64,000 bases of DNA from Chitinophaga pinensis. GTDB taxonomy: Bacteria > Bacteroidota > Ignavibacteria > Kapaibacteriales > Kapaibacteriaceae. Made by a program: the position numbers and the translations under genes. This document shows positions 17,810-26,515 of the stretch, piece by piece. Under the pieces are notes generated by a model that ran no database searches, was not told the DNA's origin, and was given only the letters and a program-made list of their open reading frames with translations. Every line of letters starts with the position of its first letter. The stretch's first letter is position 1. The stretch lies in assembly GCA_943372295.1 (NCBI GenBank), contig CALRYC010000004.1:71811-135810 (forward strand), written 5' to 3'.

Positions 17810-20320
17810 ATGAAACACCCAGTCAGTAGACTCGGATTGATATTGAATGTGTCGATTCTATGCGTCTTCTGTGTGCCGAGTCTCTGTGCACAGCAAGCAC
17901 AGCGTATATATGTAGATCGCAGGACAACAGGAGCAGCATTAGTGTCTCATGGAGAGACGGGAGACAAGTACATTATGTTAGGCAGATTAGGCGTATATCC
18001 GGTTACCGATAGCTGGTTGTTAGGTAACGTAGTCGAGGAGACCTCTGCCGGTGTTCCTGCGTATGAAGCGCATGAAGCCGTCTTATGTGAAAATGGAGAC
18101 ATTGCGCTATTGCAGTATGGATTTGGTGGCGGAAGGATGTTCCGAATTGACAAAAGTGGAGCTATTAGAACGATACCCACACGTCCACAATTCATGCTCG
18201 AAGATCTTGGTGTCCGAACTTTTAAATGGCCAAATAGCGATGGATTATTCTGTTTGATGCTAATTGACACTGCATGGGTGTCAGCAAACGCAGGAGAACG
18301 TTGGTATCAAGTGAATATTGGCTCGTATGAAGGGGGGAGGATTTCGGTACATCATTCACAACCTTTTCGCTTTGCTGTTATTGGTACTAAACAAGGTTCA
18401 GGGTTCTGGCATGTAGCCAGAGGATACCAAGACACAGCGGGATTTGCTGTTACGCCAATTCCGCAAAGTCACAACCTTGCTTCAATATCAAGCCATCTCG
18501 CATTTGGTGAAGATAGTCTTGTTGTATGGATCAAACCTGCTCGAAACGCAGGTGTGGATAGTATATGTTATGGAACAGTTGGTGACTCAACATCTGCGAG
18601 GTGTACTGCGGGGATGGAGGTCCCGGGTTATGACACTCTATCGTCTATACGTACACTGCAGATCTTCGGCAAGAAGGGAGGAATAGTAATCGCTCTAGCG
18701 GCAGATGGCAAGTACTATAAATATTCGAACGGAACGTGGAAGTATTCTGCAACATTGCCACAGCCTCAAAGTATACCTCCAGCATCTCAGGCATACGCTC
18801 AAGCGGGCGGCTATGTGTCGTACTTGGCGAAAAACCTAAGTCGAGACTCACTGATAATCGTATCCCTGGATCTCACTGATACTGTTCAAAGTTCGGTCCA
18901 TAAGTTCCCTCTAACACGTTACTCGGATCTCCCAACCTTGATGGCACCATATAACGGAAGTACCGGCATTCTTAGCTACGATCAAGGTCGAACGTCGTTT
19001 ATTGTAGACGCGAATCTGAACGTCATCGCGGTCAACTCCATGGTACCTGATAACGAAGGGCTGAAGGTGTTACCGATCATTTGTGGTTTTGCTCAAGACT
19101 CCTCTCGTGTGCTCGTAGCCTCCTGGGATGACTATCTTGTAGAGCCACAAGGGTCCTCGGTTGGGCATGTTAAAAGTCTATTCAGTAGAGGAGTCACCTA
19201 TGCTCCAACAGAGCCTATTTCCTATCGGAACTCTACTACTGGCCTACGAACGCCTTATGTAGGAAAAGACGAGGTGATCTTTCCCGGTGTTCGAACGAAT
19301 CGGTTTGATAGAAATGGGCACCTATTAGAAGTGCTTGATTCGCATCCGTCCACAGCTGCAACTCGCCTGCAAGATGGTCGCATTGCAATTGCGAATAGCA
19401 TGGTCATACGCTTCTGGAGCAATGGTTCCATCTTAGACAGTCTTGATCTACGTGCATTGCTTTGTGATAGCGATAGCTTACTGTCTGGGTATATCAGTTC
19501 AATTCAAACTATTGGTGATTCTCTTGTTATAGCCCTTGTTAATGGTCTGCGCATCGAAGATGCCAATACACTAGAAGTGCACCCCCTTGCCTGCGGTGGA
19601 GTTATCACCAGCACCAATATTGGTAAGACGTGGACCATGTCGAACACACCGTTCAATGAGCCGTATTTCATCGGAATGGTCAGTGCAAGTGATGGCTCAA
19701 TCTCCGCTTCATATACAACACTCATTAAGGATACTCTAGAACCAGCGCCAGACATTGGACAGCGAGATGAAGCACTCACGCACCGCATGGTGGACCGTGT
19801 TGTTGTGCGTTCGACGGACGATGGTGTTACATGGACGGACGTATACAGAACGCCAAGCAGCCGTGGCTTCCGACAACTTGGAGGTAATGGCATCCGATTG
19901 CGCGACGGGCGGCTGTTGCTAATCACCACCGATGATATTCTTGAGAGTAAAGATGACGGTCGCTCTTGGGACTTTCACATGAGCGGTATTCAAGAATCGG
20001 TGAATACTATATCATTGTTCACTGATGATGCTGGCTCTGTTATCTACTATTGTACTGATAAGGGGCTCTACAAGAGCACGACAATCACGTCTGTAATTGA
20101 ACATCAGCCGCTCGCACAAGCTGTGCGAATTGCAAGTACTTGGACAAACTATCAAAGCCTATGGGCGTCATCTTCGAGACGCTGTGTGTCGCTCACCAAC
20201 CTGGTGGGCGGGGTTGTAAATTGCGATGCAACCATTGCCCCGTTACCCGGACTCTACGTAGCAGAAATTGAATCACATAACACTCGGAGCCGCACACCGA
20301 TTATAGTAATGGGTGACTAG
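17810..20320 (+). CDS. Secreted Asp-box (BNR) beta-propeller protein with T9SS-like tail, copy 1
   Basis: Signal peptide, SANAGERW, STNIGKTW, STDDGVTW, SKDDGRSW; tail TSV...PGLYVAE...IIV. Confidence 0.75.
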   Translation: MKHPVSRLGLILNVSILCVFCVPSLCAQQAQRIYVDRRTTGAALVSHGETGDKYIMLGRLGVYPVTDSWLLGNVVEETSAGVPAYEAHEAVLCENGDIALLQYGFGGGRMFRIDKSGAIRTIPTRPQFMLEDLGVRTFKWPNSDGLFCLMLIDTAWVSANAGERWYQVNIGSYEGGRISVHHSQPFRFAVIGTKQGSGFWHVARGYQDTAGFAVTPIPQSHNLASISSHLAFGEDSLVVWIKPARNAGVDSICYGTVGDSTSARCTAGMEVPGYDTLSSIRTLQIFGKKGGIVIALAADGKYYKYSNGTWKYSATLPQPQSIPPASQAYAQAGGYVSYLAKNLSRDSLIIVSLDLTDTVQSSVHKFPLTRYSDLPTLMAPYNGSTGILSYDQGRTSFIVDANLNVIAVNSMVPDNEGLKVLPIICGFAQDSSRVLVASWDDYLVEPQGSSVGHVKSLFSRGVTYAPTEPISYRNSTTGLRTPYVGKDEVIFPGVRTNRFDRNGHLLEVLDSHPSTAATRLQDGRIAIANSMVIRFWSNGSILDSLDLRALLCDSDSLLSGYISSIQTIGDSLVIALVNGLRIEDANTLEVHPLACGGVITSTNIGKTWTMSNTPFNEPYFIGMVSASDGSISASYTTLIKDTLEPAPDIGQRDEALTHRMVDRVVVRSTDDGVTWTDVYRTPSSRGFRQLGGNGIRLRDGRLLLITTDDILESKDDGRSWDFHMSGIQESVNTISLFTDDAGSVIYYCTDKGLYKSTTITSVIEHQPLAQAVRIASTWTNYQSLWASSSRRCVSLTNLVGGVVNCDATIAPLPGLYVAEIESHNTRSRTPIIVMGD

Positions 20321-20607
20321 TGATACGGCTGAACATCACTGGATTAATTATGATCCTAGGTATAACAACCGCAAACACCTACATGAAGTATGGCTTTGTG
20401 TTTGACGCGGGCGAGCAGATAATCGCCGTCGACGCATCACTATGGGGTAAGGGGATGTTCCTCGTGACAGCTACAGATGGAGTGAATAGTGGAATCATCA
20501 AGCCTTTATTCAGTATGAAGGCGTCGATCAGTACCTTTGGTGAGAGGGCTAGTGGTAAGGTCTATTGTGCTGTGAGCAGTCCAATGTTTCGCCTGTGGTA
20601 CTCATGA
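20320..20607 (+). pseudogene. Internally deleted copy of the stand-alone CTD-like gene
   Basis: GFVFDA joins directly to EQIIAVDASLWGKGMFLVTATDGVNSGIIK; paralog 24933 has ~45 extra aa between these blocks. Confidence 0.55.
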
Positions 20608-21414
20608 GTAGGAATCAACAATGGTTTTAAAAACCTGTTGGGCAGAAATCACACTCTGATTTGTCGGAGTAAGAGACTGCGTATTCAGCTCGTTGTGATA
20701 CCGCGTGAACTCACGGTCCAACACACTGTTCCGCAATGAGAGTTCGTTACGTGCATAGATACTCACAATTCGAGAGAGTAACCATAGTGGTCGATCTCGT
20801 CGAAGTTCACGGGTACGGTCGATGTGACTCTTCATCGATTCTAGTGATTTGATGGTCTCGGGTTGTCTGCCTTGACGACGGTATACTAATGCGGAGAGCA
20901 TGTGAATGTCCAGAGGTTGCTTGCTGTTCGACCTCACATTTCTGATCGTGATTGATGTATCATGACTCAAGACTCGCGCATACCCGTCGTTTGAAGTCGT
21001 TAGCCGTATTGAAGATAAATGCCCGTTGGGCATGATACTCCCGAAGAGCAACGGTATCATATCGACCCTCCGTCGTCAGCACGTTTCGTGATCGGTCCAA
21101 CCAATAGAGACCAAGATCTGTGTCGCCCACTAACTGAGCAAGTGTTGTGGCAAGTCTTGCCGCAGCCATCGCAAGTACGCCAGTCGGTTTTCGAATCGCG
21201 CAATTCGCCTGCGGTATTTCCCATCTACCGATGAAGCGGAGCCGTAGAGTGCGTGGGCGAATGCAAGATCATTCTACGCTTGTCTCGAAAATAGCAATTG
21301 GAGCATTATCAGATCAGAAGTAGACAATGAAGCCATGATTGATTTATCGTCCATTCACCCCTTACTACAAAGGATATCTAGACATTCCACGTATTCAGTT
21401 ACTTGTATGTGCAT
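20602..21414 (-). pseudogene. Degraded second copy of the 476-aa regulator
   Basis: Homologous to 15252-16682 with two premature stops and two large internal deletions (junctions near 20984 and 21180). Confidence 0.9.
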
Positions 21415-21540
21415 AGTGAACGTGTATTGAAATACTGAATAACTGATGTCTCAATATCCGAATACGCGATACAGTTAAGGTCAGGATATCCCAATACGTT
21501 GTGAGTGAAGATCATTCACACATAATCGTTGAGGGACGCT

Positions 21541-21633
21541 ATGGAAATGTTGTTGGCGATTCTGCAAGCATACGTCTGGAGCCAATATGGGGCAGCCACA
21601 GAGAATGTCCAGGTCATTGATCCATACCGATAG
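21541..21633 (+). CDS. Shortened copy of the small peptide (30 aa, in-frame deletion of 37 aa); may be a pseudogene
   Basis: MEMLLAILQAYVWSQYGAATENVQVIDPYR*; same RBS and upstream region as 16809. Confidence 0.7.
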   Translation: MEMLLAILQAYVWSQYGAATENVQVIDPYR

Positions 21634-21732
21634 TGATCTCACCAATGTCTATAGAATCCGGATTAAAAAGACTCCGACTTGTCATTGTGCCGAGCCGGAG
21701 CAATGTTCACCATTATTCTCGTGAGGGTACAA

Positions 21733-22374
21733 ATGACACCCGTTTCTCTGAAGCAATCGCTTCATACCACCGTCGGCAAATACATTTTCGCATGTATTGC
21801 TGCACTGCTCCTTGCTTGCTCGACCGTCCCAATGAGGGCTGACGTTACTGATTGTACATGCAATGCGGACAGCTTGATTTCTGATAATCTAGCAATCTGT
21901 ATTGACGGAACGAACTATGTGGTTGACGTGTATGGTTGCAGACGGGTTGCTTATTCGGCTCCGTGGATTGCAGCAGTTTGTTTAGGTACAGGTGGACAAA
22001 ACCAGGTCACGAACATTACACGCGTCTGTTTCGTAGGGGCAAAGCCCGTTCCAATTGATCCGGTTGCAACATTCGGAGCAATTCTATGTGCTCTTGATCC
22101 CTGTAAGACTCCCGGCATAATGGGTGCTATTGTACCCCCGACATCCGGAAGCGTCTATTGCTGGACTGTGATCTTCCCAAAATGCCTTTCTGTCGACAAT
22201 GTACTCGGCTGTATCTATAAATGCGGAGATGGTTGCTGTAGAGTAGCACGTCGTTGGAGCAGGGGACTAACTGGTTCATGCGATATTGACTTTGAGATTC
22301 CTTGCCATACTCCCACGACGTGCCCAGGTGCTTGTCTCCAGATAGAATGCCCAAGGTCCACTTGTTGTAGATAG
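21733..22374 (+). CDS. Cys-rich secreted protein, copy 2 (21 Cys in mature part)
   Basis: Signal peptide ...VPMRA/D; shared ICID, VYGC, QNQ, CWTV..PKC, IECP..CC motifs. Confidence 0.8.
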   Translation: MTPVSLKQSLHTTVGKYIFACIAALLLACSTVPMRADVTDCTCNADSLISDNLAICIDGTNYVVDVYGCRRVAYSAPWIAAVCLGTGGQNQVTNITRVCFVGAKPVPIDPVATFGAILCALDPCKTPGIMGAIVPPTSGSVYCWTVIFPKCLSVDNVLGCIYKCGDGCCRVARRWSRGLTGSCDIDFEIPCHTPTTCPGACLQIECPRSTCCR

Positions 22375-22392
22375 CTCGTGGAATTTTTGATT

Positions 22393-22444
22393 GCCAATGT
22401 CCCCCAGTATGCTCGCCTCAAGAACGACATACGGGGGTGTTGGC
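22393..22444 (+). terminator. Intergenic stem-loop at the equivalent position in module 2
   Basis: GCCAAT..CCCCC.GTATG / CATAC GGGGG..TTGGC. Confidence 0.5.
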
Positions 22445-22476
22445 TATGTTAGCACATCGAATCATTTGGAATAGTA

Positions 22477-24933
22477 ATGTTTAGATCCTTTGAATGTGCA
22501 ATTCTCTTTGCGCATTTCCTATGTGTCTGTTCTCTTTCGCTATCTCAGGATGTTGAGCTAGTCTATCGTGAGCGTAAACTAACGCTTGGACAATCCCCAT
22601 TACTATTCATGCACGGCCAGAGCTCCACGATCTACCTAGCCGTTAGCCGTGTTGGTGTTTTTACGTTGAACGGACAAACACTATCGCCGACGTTGGTTGA
22701 AGGAACAGCTAATGCTGATGGATATGAATATCAGTATCTCGGTGAATGCGAAAACGGGGACTACCTGTTGCATCAACGTGGTTTCCTCGGTGACAGAATC
22801 TTCCGTATTGACGGAATGGGGAGGGCCCATCAGGTACACATTGCCGACGGTAGAATATATTCTGTCTACTTACAAGGCAATGGATCGGCAATAGCCATTG
22901 TCGAAACCTCAACGGATGTCTATCAGACATTTATCTCGGTTGATTGCGGACAAACATGGTTCGCTGATAGCGGCGGCAGGCGTGTTCAATCAATGGGCGG
23001 TGCGATCCTCCTTGAGCAAAATGAACCATTTAGGCATGATATGGCCAGATCGGGATTGGGCAACCGAACGTTCCCGAGTGCTATAAAGTCCAAGGAAACC
23101 TCCGGTCTAAGGAGCGCTACATTGCTAGGCAGTGACAGCGTTGTATGGTTATCTGCGCGTAAACGAGCAAATATGCCTGACACGTTGTGGTATGCAGACA
23201 TACGAGATAGCTCACGTAAGAGGTATGACACAACTCTACGTATCGATGGTCTGGCAGATACTGTAAAGCTTTCTGATTTGCAACTCTTGGGTACCCAAAC
23301 CGGTTTGGTGGTTCTGGGGCACCGGTCCGGTTGGTATGCCCGGTATGGCAATGGCGCTTGGAGTGTTGTTGACACTCTTCCGGGAATATCAAGTTTCAGC
23401 ACGAGTTCGGGTGTATCGATTAGGAATAATCTGTTTCAATACATCAGTAGTTACGCAACGGGTCAACGGCTTGTTACCGTATTTCTTGATTCAACTACCA
23501 ATTCGTTTCGAACAATCGATCTTGATCCCGCTCCCAGTGATCTCGGGAAGCTATCAGTACTATCCGCAGAATGCTCTTCATTGGCATGGAGCAGAACTGT
23601 AGACCCTCTATGCCTGTATTCAGAGGCGGGGGGGATGCAGCTTATCAACAGTGTGGTGGGCGAGATTGATGTGCTCAAGGCGACGCCCATCCAATATGGT
23701 TTCACGAATGAACATTCTGAACCGATAGTGGTTCCATATAGTGATTGTGTAGTCCTAGTTCCTGAGGGTGGCGTGGGTATTTTGAAGGCGTTAGACGCGC
23801 GTGGAGAGAAATGGCGGAGCCCGACCCGATATGGACCGCGGATTCAGTCGACTCAAGGACTGCGAACTCCATACATAGGCAATAATGAAGTACTCTCTCC
23901 TGGCGACAGAGTGCGTCAATTCACACGCTCAGGCAGTTTTGTGAAGACGCTTTTCACCAAACCGGCGACGTCGGTGTTGCGGCATTCGGACAGCACAGTG
24001 ATCATCGCAAGTGGCCCAACGATCACGTGCATGCGACCCAACAACAGCATCGATTCATTAGACATCACGTCGGCATTTTGCACTAACATTGACACTGCCG
24101 GCTATATCAATTCATTTTTAGAAAATGAAGATGGATCAATCCTGGCTTTTGTTAATGGTGTTCGGCTCCTCGACCTTGAAACGTTTGAATCGAGCCCACT
24201 CAGATGCGGAGGCGTACTTCGTTCATTGGATACTGGGAGAACGTGGACTCGCTGTGCCGTACCTGTTGAATCACCATACTTCCTAGGTAGTGTTCGTACT
24301 TCTACCGGCGCATTGGTCGCATCGGTGTCGACCTTAGTACGAGACACAACTCTTCAGACGTCGGAAGACGAAGCTCCTCCTTTAGAATCCAAGAATCACT
24401 CATTCTCTGATCGCGTAGTGATTCGTTCCACAGACAACGGCGCTACATGGACTCAGGTCTATCACTCACCTGCTAATAGAGGGTATAGACTTGTTGGGGG
24501 TGACGGCGTGATCACCAAGGACGGAACTCTCCTGCTCATGACAATCGACGGAGTTCTGAAGAGCACCAACGACGGACTCGAATGGGATTTCCACGACCCT
24601 GTTGGTATGGACGCCGGCGCGCAGATCATCTCCATGTTCCAAGACACCGTTGGGTCGCCCGTTTATTACTGCACAACGGTTGGTCTCTACAAAGAACAAC
24701 CCGTTACAGACGTGCACGATGATCAACAACGATCAAGACCACAGCTTCATGCAGCACGGACATGGAATGATCATGTCTCCTACTGGAAACGGAATGGGAT
24801 GGAATTCAAGCGACTCTTCTCTGTGCTCGGTGTGGAGATGCCCCTTACCGACCCGCCACCCGGATTGTATGTAGCTGAGTGTGTGATGGACTCGGGCGTT
24901 CGTGTTGAGCCGATACTTGTTGTATCAGAATAG
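22477..24933 (+). CDS. Secreted Asp-box beta-propeller protein with T9SS-like tail, copy 2
   Basis: SVDCGQTW, SLDTGRTW, STDNGATW, STNDGLEW; GLRTPYIG shared with copy 1; tail PPGLYVAE. Confidence 0.78.
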   Translation: MFRSFECAILFAHFLCVCSLSLSQDVELVYRERKLTLGQSPLLFMHGQSSTIYLAVSRVGVFTLNGQTLSPTLVEGTANADGYEYQYLGECENGDYLLHQRGFLGDRIFRIDGMGRAHQVHIADGRIYSVYLQGNGSAIAIVETSTDVYQTFISVDCGQTWFADSGGRRVQSMGGAILLEQNEPFRHDMARSGLGNRTFPSAIKSKETSGLRSATLLGSDSVVWLSARKRANMPDTLWYADIRDSSRKRYDTTLRIDGLADTVKLSDLQLLGTQTGLVVLGHRSGWYARYGNGAWSVVDTLPGISSFSTSSGVSIRNNLFQYISSYATGQRLVTVFLDSTTNSFRTIDLDPAPSDLGKLSVLSAECSSLAWSRTVDPLCLYSEAGGMQLINSVVGEIDVLKATPIQYGFTNEHSEPIVVPYSDCVVLVPEGGVGILKALDARGEKWRSPTRYGPRIQSTQGLRTPYIGNNEVLSPGDRVRQFTRSGSFVKTLFTKPATSVLRHSDSTVIIASGPTITCMRPNNSIDSLDITSAFCTNIDTAGYINSFLENEDGSILAFVNGVRLLDLETFESSPLRCGGVLRSLDTGRTWTRCAVPVESPYFLGSVRTSTGALVASVSTLVRDTTLQTSEDEAPPLESKNHSFSDRVVIRSTDNGATWTQVYHSPANRGYRLVGGDGVITKDGTLLLMTIDGVLKSTNDGLEWDFHDPVGMDAGAQIISMFQDTVGSPVYYCTTVGLYKEQPVTDVHDDQQRSRPQLHAARTWNDHVSYWKRNGMEFKRLFSVLGVEMPLTDPPPGLYVAECVMDSGVRVEPILVVSE

Positions 24934-25301
24934 TGAGGTCCACTATGCCTCAGTTGACAAAACAACTACTCACGCTGCTGTTCATGTTGATGTACACGGT
25001 GGTTATAGGATCAAGCACACCGCCGGTGCCTGGCTTTGGTGTAGATGCACAACCGCGTATTGTTAGCGTCGAGGTCAAGGTTTCGATCGCAAACTCCGAT
25101 CTCGCCATCGGTGGTGTGCAAACCCTTGCCATTGTGAGTGCAACAGGAGTCCTCATCGAGGACATCAAACCGCGATTAGTGCCGGGCACTGCACTGCAAG
25201 AAATACAGATTCAAACAAAAGACTGGGCAAGGGGCATGTACATCCTTGTTGTAGCGGATGGGTCTAACCGCGGCATCATTAAGATCCTCAAGCTCGACTG
25301 A
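24933..25301 (+). CDS. Small secreted protein consisting mainly of a T9SS-CTD-like domain
   Basis: Hydrophobic N-terminus, IVSATGVLI, IQTKDWARGMYILVV, IIKILKLD. Confidence 0.65.
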   Translation: MRSTMPQLTKQLLTLLFMLMYTVVIGSSTPPVPGFGVDAQPRIVSVEVKVSIANSDLAIGGVQTLAIVSATGVLIEDIKPRLVPGTALQEIQIQTKDWARGMYILVVADGSNRGIIKILKLD

Positions 25302-25379
25302 TCGTCTTCCCGGAGCGTAGCCTGACCTGCCGAAGGGAGGATCGAGGGGCCATGACTAGACTACGCTCTGAATACCCTC

Positions 25380-25660
25380 TGATCTTCCCCCCAGTTAGTT
25401 GACAGTAAGTCGATCTCTAATCACTTGTTTGCGTTGGAGGAACCGATGGGAAATGACAACCGTGGTCGTCGATATCACGACGCATTTAGAGCTGAAGTGG
25501 TTGCACTGGTGGTAGACAAGAAGTTGCCAGTGAGCCGGGCAGCAGAACACGCTAGTATAGCATACGAGACATTACGAAGCAGGATAGAAGCTTCCGGTAG
25601 ACGTCAAGAGGAGACATCAGAGAAGTCGGACAAGCGGCGAATACGAGAGCTAGATCGAGA
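25380..25660 (+). mobile_element. Truncated IS3-family element (left IR and partial orfA)
   Basis: TGATCTTCCCCCAGTTAGTTGACA end; orfA RRYHDAFRAEVVALV...RAAEHASIAYETLRS...IRELDRE. Confidence 0.8.
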
Positions 25661-26135
25661 GCCGTGAGCGCTGTGATCCTCACGCTCATCCTTAAGCGTA
25701 TGAGGATTCGTGGCTGGAAGGAAGGTCTTTATACCGGAGCCGGTATTGGACTCATCGCACTGCTGGGAACGATCGTCGGCAACTGGTATGCCATGCGTCC
25801 GTTCGTTGTTTCACTGGTAGACGGAGGCTTTGCCTTTCTGCAGTATGCCGCCTACTGCGCTGTCATTGGTGCAGTGCATGCAGCGGCAGAGGAGGCCTGA
25901 CGGTTAGGCAGTCAGAATTGATCCGCAACGAAGCGGCACCAATCGGTCGGGCGAGTGTCTTCGCCTCAGCGCGGCGTCTGACGCGGGGTGCGCAAAAGGC
26001 CGACCCCGGTGACGACCACACTGGTCACGAGACACGCTGCGCCAACCCACAACAGTGCAGCGAAGGCTGGCTCGAAAGCGATGCCGAAAAAGCCCCCTGA
26101 CACGAGTACGGCTGCCAACGGCGCGCTTACGCGGG
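25661..26135 (+). repeat. Right copy of direct repeat (5'-truncated DUF1761 copy at 25661-25900)
   Basis: Matches 14674-15144. Confidence 0.92.
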
Positions 26136-26394
26136 CGAGCCAGCTGACGGAACGCGATAACTCGGCGGCGTCGATCAACATTTGCAGAACCAACGACAGA
26201 ATCACGAGCGCACCGGCGTGCGCGTGCCCGGCGCGAAAAAGTGTCGTCTGGAGCGGGGTGAGCTCCAGCCCGCCCGCGAGGCCGTGGACGCCGGCGGTCA
26301 CCACCGACAGCACGGTCAGACCTCCGTAGACGATGGTGGGGACGCTGATCAGGGTGATGCCCGCCATCAGGCGAGCAGGACGGCTGAGTTTCAT
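25966..26394 (-). CDS. Hypothetical four-TM membrane protein
   Basis: FRAGHAHAG motif, hydrophobic helices, GAGGAG RBS before ATG 26394. Confidence 0.75.
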   Translation of the reverse strand: MKLSRPARLMAGITLISVPTIVYGGLTVLSVVTAGVHGLAGGLELTPLQTTLFRAGHAHAGALVILSLVLQMLIDAAELSRSVSWLARVSAPLAAVLVSGGFFGIAFEPAFAALLWVGAACLVTSVVVTGVGLLRTPRQTPR

Positions 26395-26410
26395 GATTTT
26401 TCTCCTCGGT

Positions 26411-26515
26411 TCATTGACGAATGGAAAGTACTTGCCTCGGCCATCCTTGCTCAAGTGCTTTGGCACGGACGTGTCCACCCGTTAGGCCGGTAGCGCCGAA
26501 GATGGCGAGCTTCAT
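26411..26515 (-). pseudogene. NAD(P)H-binding protein remnant (34 aa)
   Basis: MKLAIFGATGLTGGHVRAKALEQG Rossmann start, ATGA-coupled to the upstream gene, stop after 34 codons. Confidence 0.75.

Larger units (their letters stand above)
15145..25660. mobile_element. Genomic island with tandem five-gene modules
   Basis: Flanking direct repeats, visibly lower GC, IS3 remnant at the right edge. Confidence 0.75.

Noticed and set aside
15252-25301. RiPP/bacteriocin cluster or diversity-generating retroelement
   Set aside because: No modifying enzyme, transporter or reverse transcriptase; differences between copies are not obviously adenine-specific
26414-26427. Sixth Crp-type box TTGAC-GAAT-GGAAA
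   Set aside because: Lies inside the Rossmann gene remnant and lacks the 22-bp-spaced -7 element
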